Source of the DNA: the human T2T-CHM13v2.0 reference genome, Homo sapiens
DNA length: 64,000 nucleotides
Assembly (NCBI RefSeq): GCF_009914755.1
Contig: NC_060927.1
Direction: 5' to 3' (one strand)
A program made the translations under genes and the position numbers. A model generated the notes under the pieces. The model was not told the DNA's origin and searched no databases. It worked only from the letters and a program-made list of their open reading frames with translations. Below are positions 63,361 through 64,000 of this stretch, piece by piece (the stretch's first letter is position 1; every line of letters begins with the position of its first letter).

Positions 63361-63842
63361 ATTTTGTTTTTTATTTTAGATTCATGAGGTAACATGCAGG
63401 TTTGCTATGTTGCATAATGCTGAGGTTTGGCTTCTAATGATACCATTGCCCAAGTAGCAAACATACTATCCGATAGGTAGTTTTTCAATCTTAACCTCCT
63501 TCCCTGCTTTTGCAGTCCCCAGTCTCTATTGTTCCCGTCTTTGTGTCCATGTGTTCTCAATGTTTGGCTCCCACTTATAATTAAGAACATACAGTTTTTA
63601 ATTTTCTGTTTCTGTGTTAATTGACTGAGGATAATGGCCTCCACCTGCATCCATATTGCTGCAAAGGACATGATCATGATTTTGTTCTTTTTTACGGCTG
63701 CATAGTATTCCATGGTGTATATGTACCACATTTTCTTTATCATATCTACTATTGGTGAGTACCTGAGTTGGTACCATGTCTTTGCTATTGTGGATAGTGC
63801 TGTGATGAACATATGAGTGAAAATGTCTTGTTGGTAGAGTAA
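63361..63842 (-). mobile_element. L1PA15/16-like 3' end, 5'-truncated
   Basis: 3'UTR tgctgaggtttggcttctaatgat...gtccccagtctctattgttccc; ORF2p C-terminus in ORF 63405..63899 ([14 protein letters not shown]). Confidence 0.85.
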
Positions 63843-64000
63843 CCCCATTACTGGGTATATACCCAGATGAATATAAATCATTCTACCATAAGGACACATG
63901 CATATGAATATTCACTGCAGCACCATTCACAATAGCAAAGATGTGAAATCAACATAAACACCCATCAATGACAGATTGGATAAAGAAAACTTGATACACA
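63843..64000 (+). mobile_element. L1 ORF2 3' segment in the opposite orientation (runs off the window)
   Basis: cccattactgggtatatacccag...cacaatagcaaaga...gattggataaagaaaa is sense-strand L1PA ORF2 end. Confidence 0.85.

Overview
AT-rich, CpG-depleted primate genomic DNA, most likely human/great ape because it carries an L1PA2-type insertion. It looks like deep intron or intergenic sequence. I found no host protein-coding gene, RNA gene or CpG island, and every ORF I could recognise derives from L1, Alu, Tigger1 or LTR remnants. The window is a layered mosaic of transposon relics: seven Alus; several L1s (L1PA2, L1PA5-like, L1PA7/8-like, L1PA13-16, L1MA, L1MB/ME); a near full-length Tigger1; MITEs (MER5, MER8, MER53, MER58); solo MaLR/ERVL LTRs; and L2/MIR. 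The notable items are (1) an L1PA5-like element at 21.2-25.0 kb with an in-frame ~2.4-kb microhomology deletion that removes the whole RT domain, while keeping its 5'UTR and a truncated antisense ORF0 with a usable splice donor; (2) a twin-primed 5'-inverted L1; (3) a strong CTCF motif in a repeat-free block; (4) a few candidate enhancer-like islands; and (5) nested or duplicated target-site structures. I did not find a convincing new biological system. Subfamily names come from recalled consensus sequences and need RepeatMasker/Dfam confirmation. I could not identify the locus without BLAT.
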